Assembly: GCA_963708295.1 (NCBI GenBank) | Contig: CAVPSJ010000013.1 | Coordinates: 1-64,000 of the forward strand | Length of the DNA: 64,000 nt | Direction of reading: 5' to 3' | Source of the DNA: an uncultured delta proteobacterium | Lineage (GTDB): Bacteria; Desulfobacterota; BSN033; UBA1163 | Shown here: positions 1 through 12,261 of the stretch, piece after piece | Layout: each line of letters starts with the position of its first letter | How positions within the stretch are numbered: position 1 is the stretch's first letter | Position numbers and translations under genes: made by a program | Notes under the pieces: model-generated | What the model was told of the DNA's origin: nothing | What the model saw: only the letters and a program-made list of their open reading frames with translations | Database searches by the model: none

Positions 1-4
1 GGCT

Positions 5-1394
5 ATGGGATTTTTGATTCTTCGGCTCGGCAAATACTTTTCTGAAACGGGGGTTGGTGGCGCTTTAGTTCAGAAGAAGGATATAGATGAGGATTATGTT
101 GCAGCCTCATTCTGGAGCTGCACGATTCTCGGTGCCATATTCGGTGGATTTGCATTCGTATTGGCTAAGCCAATTTCATGGTTTTTCAGAACCACCGAAG
201 TCGTTCCCGTCATTCAGCTTTACTCTGTTGGGTTTCTGTTATCCGGAATGTCGATGACTGCCATAGCGCTGATGAGGCGCTCGTTGGATTTTAGGGGACT
301 GGCTCTCAGAGAGACACTGTCGTATTTCGTGGGATACGGCATTGTGGGAGTGGTATTTGCCTTGAATGGGATGGGGGTCTATAGTCTCGTGATCGCTTTC
401 CTTGTTCAGACTCTTGTCATGATGATTACTGTCATCGCAAAAACCAAACATTCCGCACGGATTGTAAGGCGAAAGGAGTGTTATACTGATCTTCTGAGCT
501 ACGGAGGGAAGCTATTCCGTGCATACCTTTCTTTGTTTTGTGGGGTCGACTCTAGATCAGTTCCTGATAGGGCGGTACTTTAGCCAGGTTTCACTGGGTA
601 TTTACAACAGGGGCAAGACGCTTGTTCAGCTACCGACGTACCAAGTTCTGTCAGCGCTTTCTTCAGTGCTGTTCCCGGCTTATGCGTATTATCAGAATGA
701 CAGAGGTAAGCTCAAAAGCTCTTTTTTTGAACAGCCTCCTCATGCTTAGTGCCATATTGCTTCCTCTCGCTGGAGGCATGCTGCCGGCCTCTGAGACAAT
801 CGTGCGCATTTTATTGGGCAACCAATGGATTGAAAGCGTCCCCGTAATGCAAGTTTGCTGCCTCTTTGTACCTATTGACTTCCTAACCAGCATAGCAGCC
901 ACACTTCTTAGCGCCACGGCAAGACTCAGGACGCAGATCTTGATCGAGTTGCTCTTCATTCTTGTGCTTGGCAGCAGTATCTTAGTTTTCGCGAAAAACT
1001 GAGTCTTGCGATGATGTATGCTCGGTAGCTTATCTGCTATTATCTTCGCTTTTTTGCATACCTTGCGGTCGTGAAACGCATACTCTCTGTCACTTTGTCG
1101 GAAATGCTGGGGGTACTTGTCCCGCAAGGCGCACTCGCTTTCGTTGTTTTCGCTTCAGTCTTCTTGATCACCAAGGCGCTTAGCCCCCTGCCGCTTTATC
1201 TTCTGCTTGTCGTTCAAATCCTTACTGCTGCATCCGTTCTTGTGCTATTACTTGTGCTTGGTCCGTTCGGCGGAATACGGAACGTTGTTGTTAAACTTGT
1301 GGACAGATATTCGCAGAAAGGTTCCTGCTGGGCTCGCTGTGCCCTTTGGCTGTTGACCTTGAAAAACAAAGATGGGAGAAATCTGGTCTCATAG
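5..1394 (+). CDS. wzx: Wzx-type polysaccharide flippase (PST family), 5' end outside window, split by frameshifts
   Basis: Consecutive overlapping hydrophobic ORFs 5-583, 519-749, 622-1002, 1071-1394 with PST motifs (G.GGALVQKK, RRSLDFR.LA, LGIYNRG, VLFPAY). Confidence 0.8.
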
Positions 1395-1415
1395 CATCGT
1401 TCCTCAGAAAGGGTT

Positions 1416-2213
1416 ATGGAGGTTACAAGCATGCCAAAGCTGGTGGCGATGTTGCGGGTTAAGGATGGCATTCTTTTTATCGAACAGTGGTTGGCTGTCA
1501 TGAGTCGGCTCGTAGATGAAATAGTGGTCGTCGACAATGGTTCTACGGATGGAACTCTTGAAATTGTTACGGCTCATCCCAAGGTGACGTTCATTGAAAG
1601 AACAGCGGGGTTCGATGAGGGCCGTGATAAGAACCTAGTATACCAGCTCGCTAAGAAGCGGAAAGGTGATTGGATGGTCTGGCTGGATGTGGACGAGATT
1701 TTCGAGGAGAGATTGACACGGAGTAAGATCGAAAAGATGATTAATTCAAGGTTCTTTACGAAATTTGCATTCCGGATAATTAACTTGCATGGAGACGAGG
1801 AGCATTTTGAGGGTCGGTTTAAAAACCTTTTATATCAGTCTAAACACTGTCGCCTTATATGGAAAGATCAGGATTCCGGTTATTTTTCAAAACACAAAAT
1901 ACATGTTGGCGCGATCCAGGGCATAAAGGGCCTCACTTGGTTGACAAATTTTCGAATTAAGCATTTCGCTGCGCTTGACTATGGGCATTTGAAAAATAAG
2001 ACAGATTTATACATCAGCATAGACCCGGAAAACCGAATAGCCTACGAGACGGTAAGAGATCAACGATTGCCGCGTTGGAAATGGTACGAGTTTAGTGCGC
2101 ATCCATTCCTTGTTTCTCTCCAAAACTGTCTTTGGAACTGCCTCATGGTGATTCGATACAGCCAAATCCTATTCAGACGTATCATCGGCAGAAAGGTGTA
2201 CATTAGGGAGTGA
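1416..2213 (+). CDS. Glycosyltransferase family 2
   Basis: VVVDNGSTDGT and WLDVDE motifs. Confidence 0.85.
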   Translation: MEVTSMPKLVAMLRVKDGILFIEQWLAVMSRLVDEIVVVDNGSTDGTLEIVTAHPKVTFIERTAGFDEGRDKNLVYQLAKKRKGDWMVWLDVDEIFEERLTRSKIEKMINSRFFTKFAFRIINLHGDEEHFEGRFKNLLYQSKHCRLIWKDQDSGYFSKHKIHVGAIQGIKGLTWLTNFRIKHFAALDYGHLKNKTDLYISIDPENRIAYETVRDQRLPRWKWYEFSAHPFLVSLQNCLWNCLMVIRYSQILFRRIIGRKVYIRE

Positions 2214-2415
2214 TTATTACCATGTCTGAATACGAGCAACACCCCTAAGAGGGAACTTATTTGTTGCTTCCACGTAAAGCCTCCCAGGGGTGGGGGATTC
2301 ATGAACATTATATTGCGCCCAAGCTGCGGAGCCGTCGAACCTGAAACCCGGCGATTCGGCAATACTGCAAGCACCCATAGATCGAAAATTTAGCACAACC
2401 ATCGAGGATCCAGGG

Positions 2416-2625
2416 GTGTCTTCAGCCCGCGAACGGAAGCGAGTATTTGGGCACCCGGAGCATGTAGGCCTATATGGGCGGGATTATCCGGAGCGCCTCA
2501 GGCGGGCTGGTTTTTTAGTTAGAGTTGATGGTAACGCAAAGGGATTAGATCGATGCCTTACCGAAAGATGCGGGCTACAACGGGACGACGACATATATCT
2601 TTGTACTAAGCCTACACCTCGTTGA
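2416..2625 (+). pseudogene. C-terminal remnant of a SAM-dependent methyltransferase
   Basis: RERKRVFGHPEHVGLYGRDYPERLRRAGF resembles the C-terminus of glycan-cluster methyltransferases; no SAM-binding motif I upstream. Confidence 0.5.
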
Positions 2626-2700
2626 GGCGGTGAGGCGAGAATGGAACCAGCCGGCAAGAGCCGCATTTACCTGAATATTTGGATATAATAAGGTGGAAAG

Positions 2701-3546
2701 ATGAGTGTGCGCTTCGGAAGGTTTAATCCCCGCGCTTTAGGGCATGCCCTTAGAGCTCTATTATGGTTTTTGGAGGATGCCTTGGATGTTGTTCTGCAGA
2801 GGCGAGACCCATTGGTGCCACCTCGAAGGTTCATGTTCGACGGGGTCCGCGACCATAAAGTTTTTAAGGCAAATGGTGAGGAATTCTTTCGTTATTACAC
2901 GGAACTCTGTAATCTTCAGGGCAGTGAACGAATGCTTGACATCGGTAGCGGAGTGGGTCGCAAGACCATTCCGCTTGTTAGGTATTTGAACGAGACGGGT
3001 GGGTACGAAGGGTTTGATGTAGTAAGAGTCCATGTCGACTGGTGCAAAAAGAAAATACAGGCGAATTATCCAAATTTCCGCTTTCAACATATAGATATAT
3101 TCAACAGGCACTATAACCCCCGTGGCATCTATGCTGCGGAAGGGTTTAAATTTCCCTACGACGATCAGTCATTCGACTTCGTTGTAGCGACGTCGGTCTT
3201 CACCCACATGCTGCCAGGGGCGATGGAAAATTATATTAAAGAGATGTCCCGTGTACTGCGAATGGGTGGTAGATGTTTGATAACATTTTTCTTAATCAAT
3301 GATGAATCTTTGAAGTTAGTCCAGCTTGGAAAGAGCTCACTGGATTTTCGCCACCAGTTGCTCGGCTATGCAACGGTAAGTAAAAGTGACCCAGAAGCAG
3401 CGATCGCTTACGACGAAACTTACATTATCAAACTATATAACGACCATGGACTCAATGTCCTGGAGCCAATCCACTATGGTTCTTGGTGTGGTCGAGATAG
3501 CTTTCTGAGCTATCAGGACATAATTATTGCCCAACGTCCCCAATAG
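2701..3546 (+). CDS. Class I SAM-dependent methyltransferase
   Basis: LDIGSGVG motif I, FDFVVATSVFTHM, RVLRMGG. Confidence 0.9.
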   Translation: MSVRFGRFNPRALGHALRALLWFLEDALDVVLQRRDPLVPPRRFMFDGVRDHKVFKANGEEFFRYYTELCNLQGSERMLDIGSGVGRKTIPLVRYLNETGGYEGFDVVRVHVDWCKKKIQANYPNFRFQHIDIFNRHYNPRGIYAAEGFKFPYDDQSFDFVVATSVFTHMLPGAMENYIKEMSRVLRMGGRCLITFFLINDESLKLVQLGKSSLDFRHQLLGYATVSKSDPEAAIAYDETYIIKLYNDHGLNVLEPIHYGSWCGRDSFLSYQDIIIAQRPQ

Positions 3547-3603
3547 GATTAGCAGCGAGGGCATATTACTGCACAATGGCTGTTGGGGGCTGTTAAAGGC
3601 TGT

Positions 3604-4885
3604 ATGAGGATTGGAATAAACGGAACCTGTTTAGAAGGCCGCAGAAAAGGCGTTGGCCGATACTTAGCAAATATTTTGCGGGAGTGGAAGGCGCAAGGGG
3701 TTAGCGATGAAATTATCCTTTATTTGCGAGGCGAACGCCAAGGTGATCCGTTCTTAAATAATTCTACATTTAAGCAAGTCGTTGTTGATTCGCCGTTTAA
3801 ACATCGGTTGAGGCCCTTCTGGGAGCACATATACCTGCCTCTGAAAGCTCGAGCAGATAAAATTGATGTGCTTTTTTCACCCTCTTACGTCGTACCGTTC
3901 GTGTCGCCATTTAGAACCGTTGTGGTTCAACATGATCTTAGCTATGAAGCACTTCCCGACGAATACCGCTGGAAGGAAAAGGTTAGATTCAACCTTTTTT
4001 CCCGTCGTTCTGCCGAGCAGGCTAACTTTATTCTCACGGTATCCGAGTTCTCAAAGAAAGAAATTTTGAAGTATTACGGTGTCAAAGAAGGCAAAATTGT
4101 CGTTACATATGAGGATTGCGACCCGTGCTTTCGGCCAATCGAATCTCAGCAACTGTTGAACGAATTTAGGTCTAGATTTGGATTGGCTCAGAACATACTT
4201 GCTATTCGTTGGGACGATGTTTAAGAGGCGACATGTAGATGTTTTGCTTCCTGCCTTGGAGCTTGTTCTGCGCAGGATGACCGCGCAGCTCGTTCTGATA
4301 GGCACCTTTCCTCCCGGGGAAAATGAAAGAATTAAGGCATTGATGCAGAACCCAGCGATAAAAGATCACGTTTTGCATTTCGAGTTCGTAAGCGATGAAG
4401 ATTTAAATCTTTTTTACAATGCGGCTGCCATGCTTGTGTACCCATCGATCTATGAGGGCTTCGGGTTGCCGGTGCTGGAAGCGATGAGATGCGGAACCCC
4501 AGTCTTGGTCTCGCGTTTCGCGTCGCTTCCTGAGGTTGCAGGTGATGCTGGCATTTTTATTGATCCGTGGGACCCGGTTAATATTGCAGACAAAGTTTGC
4601 TATCTGTTGGCTGATTCGTCCGTGAGAGCAAATATGATTGAGAAAGGGCTAGCGCAAGCGGAAAGCTTTTCGTGGAGTCGTTGCGCAAGAATCACAATCG
4701 ATATTTTACGCCTTGCTGGAGCGCCAAAAATGAGGGCAGTTTTTCGGCACTTTATTGGATCAGGAGGTAATTATCGATCCTGGTGGGCGCGGCAATCGGC
4801 CCGAGATTTTCTATGCGTTTTCCCATGTCGTTGTGAGATCCGTGCTTTCGCACATATAAGGTTGCGCAAGTTATTTCATGGGTAA
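3604..4885 (+). CDS. Glycosyltransferase family 4 (frameshift near 4190)
   Basis: N-terminal half in ORF 3583-4224 (GVGRY, TVSEFSK), C-terminal half in ORF 4178-4885 (YPSIYEGFGLPVLEAMRCG). Confidence 0.85.
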
Positions 4886-4941
4886 TCAAACGAACGCTTC
4901 CGTGTTCATAAATTGTGCTGTTAAAAAGAGTAGGTTCGTTC

Positions 4942-5875
4942 ATGGGTCGATGGCCTTGTGGATCCGAGACGAGCGTTTCTATAATAATCGTTAGCTTTAA
5001 TACCAAGGAGCTGCTACGCGCTTGTCTCTCTTCGATACGTGGAGTCCTTACCGACCCAAACTAATGAAATCATAGTAGTGGACAACGGTTCGGTCGATGG
5101 TACAAGAGAAATGTTATCCGTGCAGTTTCCAGAGGTCCGAACTATTTTCAACAGCAGTAATCTCGGGTTCGGTGCAGCCAATAACCAGGGAATGCGAATC
5201 GCCCATGGGCGCTTCATCGTACTCTTAAATAGCGATACGCTTGCATCTCCGGAAACAATAGAGCGATGTGCCCGCTATGTCCTTTCACATCCTGAAGTTG
5301 GTATCTTGGGTTGTCGACTGTCTCGGCCCACAGGCGATACCCAGTGTTCTTGGGGGGATTTCTTCTCCCTCCGTCACGCCTTTATAGGCGGATTTTGGCC
5401 ACAGCGCTTAAGGCTGAGGGTTGCGCGGAATTCTGATCGGCTTCGTTCGGCTATGCGTTTTCTCTCAGCGAAGCCTCAAATAGATGCACTCTCGGTGGAC
5501 TGGGTTTCCGGTGCATTCATGCTTTTGAGAAAGGAAGTTTTTGCGGATACTGGCGGGTTTGACGAAAATATTTTTTTGTACGGTGAGGAAATAGAATGGT
5601 GCTTTCGGGCAAAAGAAAAGGGTTGGAAGATAGTCTATTATCCGGGAGCGGAAATTGTCCACGTAGGCCAAGGCAGCATCTCTTCGGTTGATTGTCTGAA
5701 AAGAAACAGGCTAATAATGCTGGGGGTCCACTATTTTCTCATGAAACATCGCGGGAAAGCCTTTGCCTCATGGTTTTGGGGATTTGCTTTTGTTGCTGCG
5801 CTCGCGAAAATACCGCGTGTGGTCGTTCCTTTATATCGTAGGGAAACGGCGTCCAGCCTTGGCAGGAAAGATTAG
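4942..5875 (+). CDS. Glycosyltransferase family 2 (frameshift near 5035)
   Basis: ATG at 4942 gives VSIIIVSFNT; continues into IIVVDNGSVDGT, LLNSD, GFDENIFLYGEE. Confidence 0.85.
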
Positions 5876-5928
5876 GTATCAAACGGATGTAATACGTTTC
5901 TGTCTTAAACTTGACGAATAGGTGTTCA

Positions 5929-6822
5929 ATGTTGCGATACGTCATTATCTCACCGGTCCGAAATGAGGGACGATTCATAGATAGAACGTTGCGGTCTGTA
6001 ACTGCTCAACGCTCAAGACCAGTTCGCTGGATTATTGTAAACGATGGCTCAACAGATGATACCGAGCAAATAGTGCAATCCTACGCGAGGCATCACCCAT
6101 GGATACTCTTGGTAAACAAACCGGATCGCGGTTTCAACAAGATGGGCGCTGGCGTGGTCGAGGCTTTCTACGAAGGGCTCAAGTGGGTCGATGTAGCTTA
6201 TGACTGTCTTGTAAAGCTGGATGGCGATTTGGAGTTCGATGAAAGCTACTTCGACAACCTGATGGGCCAATTTAAGTTAAACTCCAGGCTCGGGATAGCC
6301 AGCGGCCACACATACGTAGCCCGGCACGGAAGACTTGTTTGGGAAGATGCACCGGTGACGCATACCAGTGGCGCGTCTAAGGTATACAGAAAGGAGTGTT
6401 TTCAAGACATAGGAGGCCTGGTTGCTACCCTTGGTTGGGATCATATAGACGAGGTTAAAGCACGAATGCTTGGTTGGGAAACAAGAAGCTTTCCGGAATA
6501 TAGAATCATACACCTCAGACCTATTGGGTCAAAGGACGGCATACTTAGGGGGAATGTCAGACATGGCCACATTTCCTATTTGGTAGGCGATCATCCTTTG
6601 TACTTTGTTATGCGTTGTATCTATCGCTTAATTTATCCGCCCTATATCATAGGCGGGGCAGCTCTGTTTTGGGGCTATTTTCGTGCCCTGTTGAAGCGTG
6701 TTCCAAAGGTAGTCGATCCTGACTTTCAGCGCTACATGCGAAACGAGCAAATCAAGGAGCGTCATTTTGAACAAAGAGTTCTGGAAACCATACTTATCAA
6801 AACTCAGACTGCGAAGGAATAG
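5929..6822 (+). CDS. Glycosyltransferase family 2
   Basis: IISPVRNE, IVNDGSTD, KLDGD motifs. Confidence 0.9.
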   Translation: MLRYVIISPVRNEGRFIDRTLRSVTAQRSRPVRWIIVNDGSTDDTEQIVQSYARHHPWILLVNKPDRGFNKMGAGVVEAFYEGLKWVDVAYDCLVKLDGDLEFDESYFDNLMGQFKLNSRLGIASGHTYVARHGRLVWEDAPVTHTSGASKVYRKECFQDIGGLVATLGWDHIDEVKARMLGWETRSFPEYRIIHLRPIGSKDGILRGNVRHGHISYLVGDHPLYFVMRCIYRLIYPPYIIGGAALFWGYFRALLKRVPKVVDPDFQRYMRNEQIKERHFEQRVLETILIKTQTAKE

Positions 6823-7003
6823 GATTGCACCTTGACCAGTCGTGGAATATATGAAGCGAAGTGCACAGCTATGAGAAAGAATCTGAGATGTGGTAGGTTG
6901 AAAAAAGAGGAAGGGCGGAAGTTGGTCGTGGAAAAGTATTCACCTGAGAATTGCTACGAGAGGCTGATAGGAATTTATGAACTAATCGGAGGTTTTCTAA
7001 AGC

Positions 7004-8135
7004 ATGGATAGCACCGCAAAAAAACGATTCGCAAAAGGGTTAAAGATAGCCTTCATTGGCGGAAGGGGTGTCATCTCAAAATACAGCGGAATTGAAACGT
7101 ACTACGAAGAGGTAGGTAAGGGCCTGTGTGAAGCCGGACATGAAGTCACTGTTTACTGTAGGTCATATTTCACCCCCAAAATCAGATCACAATGGAATGA
7201 GAATTATCAGAATTCCCACCTTTCGCACTAAACATTTTGAGACCTTGATTCACACAGCCTTGAGCACCTTTCACGCAATGTTTCGTGACTATGACATTGT
7301 TCACTATCAAGCCCTCGGTCCCTCATTATTCGCATTCATTCCTAGACTGTTTGGCAAAAGAACCGTGGTGACGGTCCAAGGTCTGGATTGGCAAAGGCAA
7401 AAATGGGGGGGATTTGCCCGCTGGTTCCTGAAGAAATGCGAGAAGATGTCTATAGAGTTTCCGAATGGTGCAGTAGTTGTCTCTCAGTTCCTGCAAAACT
7501 ATTACAGGCAGAAGTATGGAAAGCTTCCATATCGCGTACCAAACGGAGTCAACATGCCGAAAAAACGGGCTATGGAAGAGATTCTGAAGTATGATTTGCT
7601 GCCTCAACAATATATTCTGTATGTGGGGAGACTTTCGCCAGAAAAAAACTGCCATCTTCTAATTGAGGCCTATAAGAAGCTCGACACAAGCGCAAAACTT
7701 GTTTTTGCAGGTGGAAGCAGTCATACAGATACGTATGTGAAAAAGCTCATGCAAAACAAAAATGATAGGATCAGGTTTTTGGGTTACGTGAGTGGGAGAC
7801 CGCTTGAGGAACTGCTCTCGAATGCCCTTATATTCGTGTTGCCTTCAACAATAGAAGGGATATCAATAGCCCTTCTTGAGGCTATGAGCTATGGCAACTG
7901 TGTGCTGGTCAGCGACATTCCCGAAAATCTGGAGCTGATAAAGGGAGGCGCTGGCTTCAGCTTTCGGAATGGTGATCGGGACGAACTGGAGAGAATGTTG
8001 AGATATCTCCTGGGCAACGTTGGGGCGCGCGAAGAGGGAGGCAAGATGGCTGAAGAGGCAGTACGGGAAAAGTACCGTTGGTCAATGGTAGTCAGTGAGA
8101 TGGAAAAAGTATATTTCGATATTCTTTCTGTTTGA
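7004..8135 (+). CDS. Glycosyltransferase family 4 (frameshift near 7180)
   Basis: IAFIGGRGV..YSGIE N-terminus; VGRLSPEKN, LPSTIEGISIALLEAMSYG. Confidence 0.88.
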
Positions 8136-8189
8136 CCATCGTCGCACCGAGTCTCTCTTCTCAAAAGGGTAGTATACGCGGGCTTCTTG

Positions 8190-8325
8190 GCGGAGTCACG
8201 AGCGAGGTCGTACTCATAAGCGCCGATATCAGTGCCCGAACCAGAACGTACCCGTGCTCCCTGTGCGTGGCTGTCGACTCCCATTGCTTTACCAGCATCG
8301 ATGCACGGTGACCCGGGCCGTAATC
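8190..8325 (-). pseudogene. 3' remnant of a choice-of-anchor-Q / beta-helix secreted protein gene
   Basis: Minus strand reads LRPGSPCIDAG...TDIGAYEY, paralogous to LQSTSPAINAG...PDIGAYEF of the 9112-10826 gene. Confidence 0.65.
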
Positions 8326-8971
8326 AAAACAGGAATATTTTTATTCATCTGCCGTCCATTGAAGGGTATGAAAAAATAGAAATAGATGATAACTATTTGA
8401 TTGTTCTGCACGAAATACTTAAAAATGGCAAACCTACCAACCTCCATTTTCACTGCCATGGCGCAGATGTGCAACCTAAAGTAAAGTCATTTTTTAAGAA
8501 TTATCGTATCGATCCCGTAGTAACCCAGAGTGACATAAACGACAGGTCTGGAAATGTAATGTTAAAACATCCCACTTTCATTCAAAGAAAAAGAGGACTA
8601 TTGGATGTTCAAGACTAACAGCGAATGTATTACTCCCCAATGGCGATGTCGTATTATGTTGCCAAGATTACGGGGTCAAGCACGTTTTGGGGAACCTATT
8701 GATGTCGGATTATAGTTCTTTATTTCATAGCGAAGAGTTCTTAAAAATCAGAAATGGTCTGAAGGATATTTCGATAGACATTTTATGCAGACGGTGCTTA
8801 CGGTCATATGGTGTAAGTAGATTTGCCAAATTCTATAACCCGCTGTTATACAATTTAACACATTTCTATTACGATTTAGCAGATATTTCGGACCTGGATG
8901 ATTGTAATAGGCTTTTAAAAAAAATTTCGAAACATGTTCTTCGGAGAAAAAGGACAAATGAGTGTTTTTAG
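8326..8971 (+). pseudogene. Radical SAM/SPASM-domain C-terminal fragment
   Basis: Across frames: RSGNV, C....NVLLPNGDVVLCCQDY, LGNLL, LCRRC; no CxxxCxxC N-terminus; AT-rich. Confidence 0.6.
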
Positions 8972-9042
8972 TAATTTAGGATGTACGGGGGGCGAAGGGG
9001 GAAGCGATTCTACAGGGAATTGAGGGCCTTGGGAAGGGGAAT

Positions 9043-9060
9043 TTTCCGACAGGCTCCTAG
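9043..9060 (+). mobile_element. Isolated IS terminal-repeat-like remnant
   Basis: TTTTCCGACAGGCTCCTAG resembles IS5/IS1182-type ends with CTAG; no transposase nearby. Confidence 0.35.
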
Positions 9061-9111
9061 AACTTTTAGGAGAAGCAGGTAGGCCCCAAGAAAACCATTC
9101 CGTTCAATAAA

Positions 9112-10826
9112 TCACACGTAAATTGCCGAGGTGGCTGTACACTGAGTGGGAGCAGGAGAGGGAGCAAGAAATTCATAGGCTCCAATGTCTGGATTCCCTA
9201 CAATGGCGTTACCGGCGAAGTCTTTGGTTAATCCGACATTGGTACCGGCGTTGATGGCGGGAGAGGTAGATTGGAGGGTGAAGTCAGGGGGCGTCGCAGT
9301 CGGAGCAGTCAGGAGGGGGTCGGATTGAACCGAATGAGTTGTTCCGCCGTAAGCCATTTCCCAGTCCGCATAAGTATTCTTCGTGGCCCCAACTTGCCAT
9401 TCAATAAAACCGGTTGCCTCTGGACCAAAAGAATTATAAGCATAAACATTTCCGTATCCTACTGTTCCGTCATTCTCTCCGCCCCTTATAGCGTATAATT
9501 GACGGACTCCATTCCCAACAGAAATATTGTTCTTAAAAATGTTATTTATGCAGGTATCCGCTATCGCGGTATAGCCTCGATTCATGATTCCATATTGAGT
9601 GTTGCCATAAACGGTGTTATTGAATACGTAGTTTCCCGAATTAGGATAGGTGGCGGTGACGTCTGAACCATTTAACATTATCCCGATATAGTTATTATAG
9701 GAGAGGTTGTAATACATTTGACCACCAGTTGTATTTTCAAATCGAAGCCCAGCCTCAGTATTATTACGAGCTATATTGTATCTCATGATAGAGCCTGGAG
9801 TGTTCACCGTGTCGTACCAGATTCCATAACCTTCGTCCGATCCCTGAGTGACTCCGTTATATTCCGTCACATTATATTCTGTTGTAATATAGCTTGTGTT
9901 CTGAAGACCAATATAAATACCTGCGGAAAATTCATGGATGCCGTCAGTGCCGTGAATTAAGCTATTATGATTAAGATTATTGTGAGAGACCGTAGAGTTT
10001 CTTGTATAATCGCTAAGAAGTACTCCACTAGCTCCGCAATAAGAGATTGTGTTATTCGTTATTAATAGACTGTCCCTATAATCAGTTCCGGTAGTATAAG
10101 AATATATGCCATTTGACCATGCATAACTTATGTTAGAATTTGACACGGTGGCACCAATGACTGCATTGGTGATTCTGATACCATCAGCATTCGCATAACG
10201 CAAATCTAGGTCCTGCACGGTTATATAGCTTTTGCCGTCAATCGTAATACAGGTATTCCTCTGGCTTGCCTCAATGGTGTGCCCCGTAGGGTTATCATAC
10301 AAATATATTCTAGTGTCACCAGCATCCCAATACCATTTACCAGTGACGAGTGAAGATTTTGTAGCGACCTTTTTTAATCTTGTTCCATCTTTAAATACTT
10401 GATTGGGTGTGTTCGAAATTTGTGCAAAATAGTAGCTGTCTTCAAGTTTCCAGTTTGTATAAAGATTTGAACTTTTTATAATTGGATTATCACCGCTTCC
10501 GTAAGCCCCAAAGGTAATGGGGGTGTTTGGCAATCCAGAGGAAGGAACAATAAGGGTTTCTCGCCAGGAATCTCCCTCGCTTAAAACAATATTTGATCTC
10601 CCGGATTGAAAGGGAAGCAGTTGACTTTGGCTATCGTTTTCCAGGCGATTGACATGGTCAGTCCACTGTTTGTGTCTTTGCCATTTGCGGCGTCTACGTA
10701 GTAGGTGGCGGCCCAAGCCTCAGAGATTATCGGAAGCAGTGTAAGTGGGATGATGAGTATTAAGCTCAAAACGAGAGGAAAATACTTCAAGTTTGCCAAT
10801 CTTGAAAGCATTTTTAGAAATGACAT
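9112..10826 (-). CDS. Secreted right-handed parallel beta-helix protein with choice-of-anchor-Q-like C-terminus (frameshift near 10580)
   Basis: Signal peptide plus AWAATYYVDAANG..N.G....AWKTIAKVN..FNPGDQILF (ORF 10581-10826) joins GDSWRETL..PITFGAYGSG, Asn/Gly-rich PbH repeats and DIGAYE (ORF 9112-10716). Confidence 0.85.
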
Positions 10827-10972
10827 AAAGAAGCTTCCTCTATTCCGTAATCAACTTAGCAGGTCGCCTTATTTCATCCGCCTACGCAGGAGACCATGCC
10901 TGCGTGCTGTAACGCCTGCCTGCACGAAGCGTTTCGGCGAAGGCAGGCACTTCGGCGTGCGGGCACGGCCTT
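10585..10972 (-). repeat. Copy 1 of the leader + 5' coding unit (attached to the full gene)
   Basis: Aligns by eye with 14661-15214 and 16262-16838. Confidence 0.9.
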
Positions 10973-11030
10973 CGCCGGGGTTATTATTGTATACGGGAAT
11001 GTTTTCTGCGTCGTACTCATCAAAAGCTCA

Positions 11031-12027
11031 TTATACGTATCCATCTGGGTGGGCCTTATGCCAAAACCATGCTGTTTCGATAATCTTTTCAAGGTTCGGG
11101 TAACGAGGCTGCCAACCCAGTTCAGTGATAGCTTTTCTACTTGAACTGATGAGTATAGAAGGGTCTCCGGCTCTTCTTGTGGTATAAACGACTGGAATAG
11201 GTTTCCCCGTGATCATTGAAGCCACATTGATCACTTCCTTTACAGAATGGCCGTTCCCGTTCCCCAAGTTATATTGTCCTCCGGCTTTCCCATTGAGCAG
11301 CCTTTCGAGTACCAGAAAATGGGCCTGGGCCAAATCGTCGATATGGATGTAGTCCCTAATGCAAGTCCCATCCTTTGTCGGATAATCTTCCCCGTAAATA
11401 TTAACGACCCGTTTATTGGTCAGAGCTGCTTGAAGCAACTAAAGGAATCAAATGTGTCTCCGGATTGTGATCCTCACCCAATTCCCCTTCAGGGTCAGCA
11501 CCGGCTGCATTGAAATATCGCAGGGATGCAAACCTTAAATCATACGCTGTATGAAAATCGGAAAGAATGGTCTCTACCATCAATTTTGTGCGACCATAAG
11601 GGTTAATGGGGTTCTTGGGGTGCTCTTCGTTAATCGGGGTTTCTATGGGTTCGCCATAAATGGCACAGGAGGAAGAGAAAATGAAATTCTTTACTTTTTC
11701 AGCAATCATAGTCTGGAGTAGGGTAAGAGTTGCGGATACGTTATTTTCGTAATATTGGGCCGGCTTTGTTACGGACTCGCCCACATAACAGAAGGCGGCA
11801 AAATGCATGACTGCTTCTATATGATGAACTGAGAATATCTTCTTGAGTAACCCATAATCACCCATAGAACCTTTGTAAAAAGGACCCCATCTCACACTCT
11901 CCTGATGGCCGTATACAAGGTTGTCCAGGACAATCGGCATATATCCATGCTTTGCCAGGTATTTACACATGTATGAGCCAATGTAACCCGCGCCGCCGAC
12001 AACTAAAATGTTTGGTTTAGAAATCAT
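11031..12027 (-). CDS. galE: UDP-glucose 4-epimerase (frameshift near 11430)
   Basis: GGAGYIGS, HFAA, FSSSCAIYG, YGRTK, LRYFNAAGA, DGTCIRDYIH. Confidence 0.93.
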
Positions 12028-12050
12028 TCGGTGAGACCCGCAATGTTAAA

Positions 12051-12261
12051 GGGGACATCCTATATTGTTTTTGTCAAAAAAAGAGGAATAGGTGTCAGGT
12101 CTACACTCTTCACTCAATTTTTTCTAGCCCCTCTCATACAAAAGGGAATGCCACATGAAAAAAAAGTGGGGAAAGGGTGTCAGGTCTACACTCTTCACTA
12201 AATTATTTTTAGTCTCTATCGAAAAAAGTTTATGTCAAGGCTATCGGGACATCCTATATTG
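12051..12261 (+). repeat. Paired short direct repeats, A-B-B-A
   Basis: GGGACATCCTATATTG at 12052 and 12246; GGTGTCAGGTCTACACTCTTCACT at 12091 and 12176. Confidence 0.9.

Noticed and set aside
6840-7000. Possible GT4 C-terminal remnant (GRKLVVEKYSPE..YERL..IY)
   Set aside because: Only ~30 codons; plausible but unverifiable without a search
12051-12261. CRISPR array
   Set aside because: Only two copies of each repeat, irregular spacing, no cas genes
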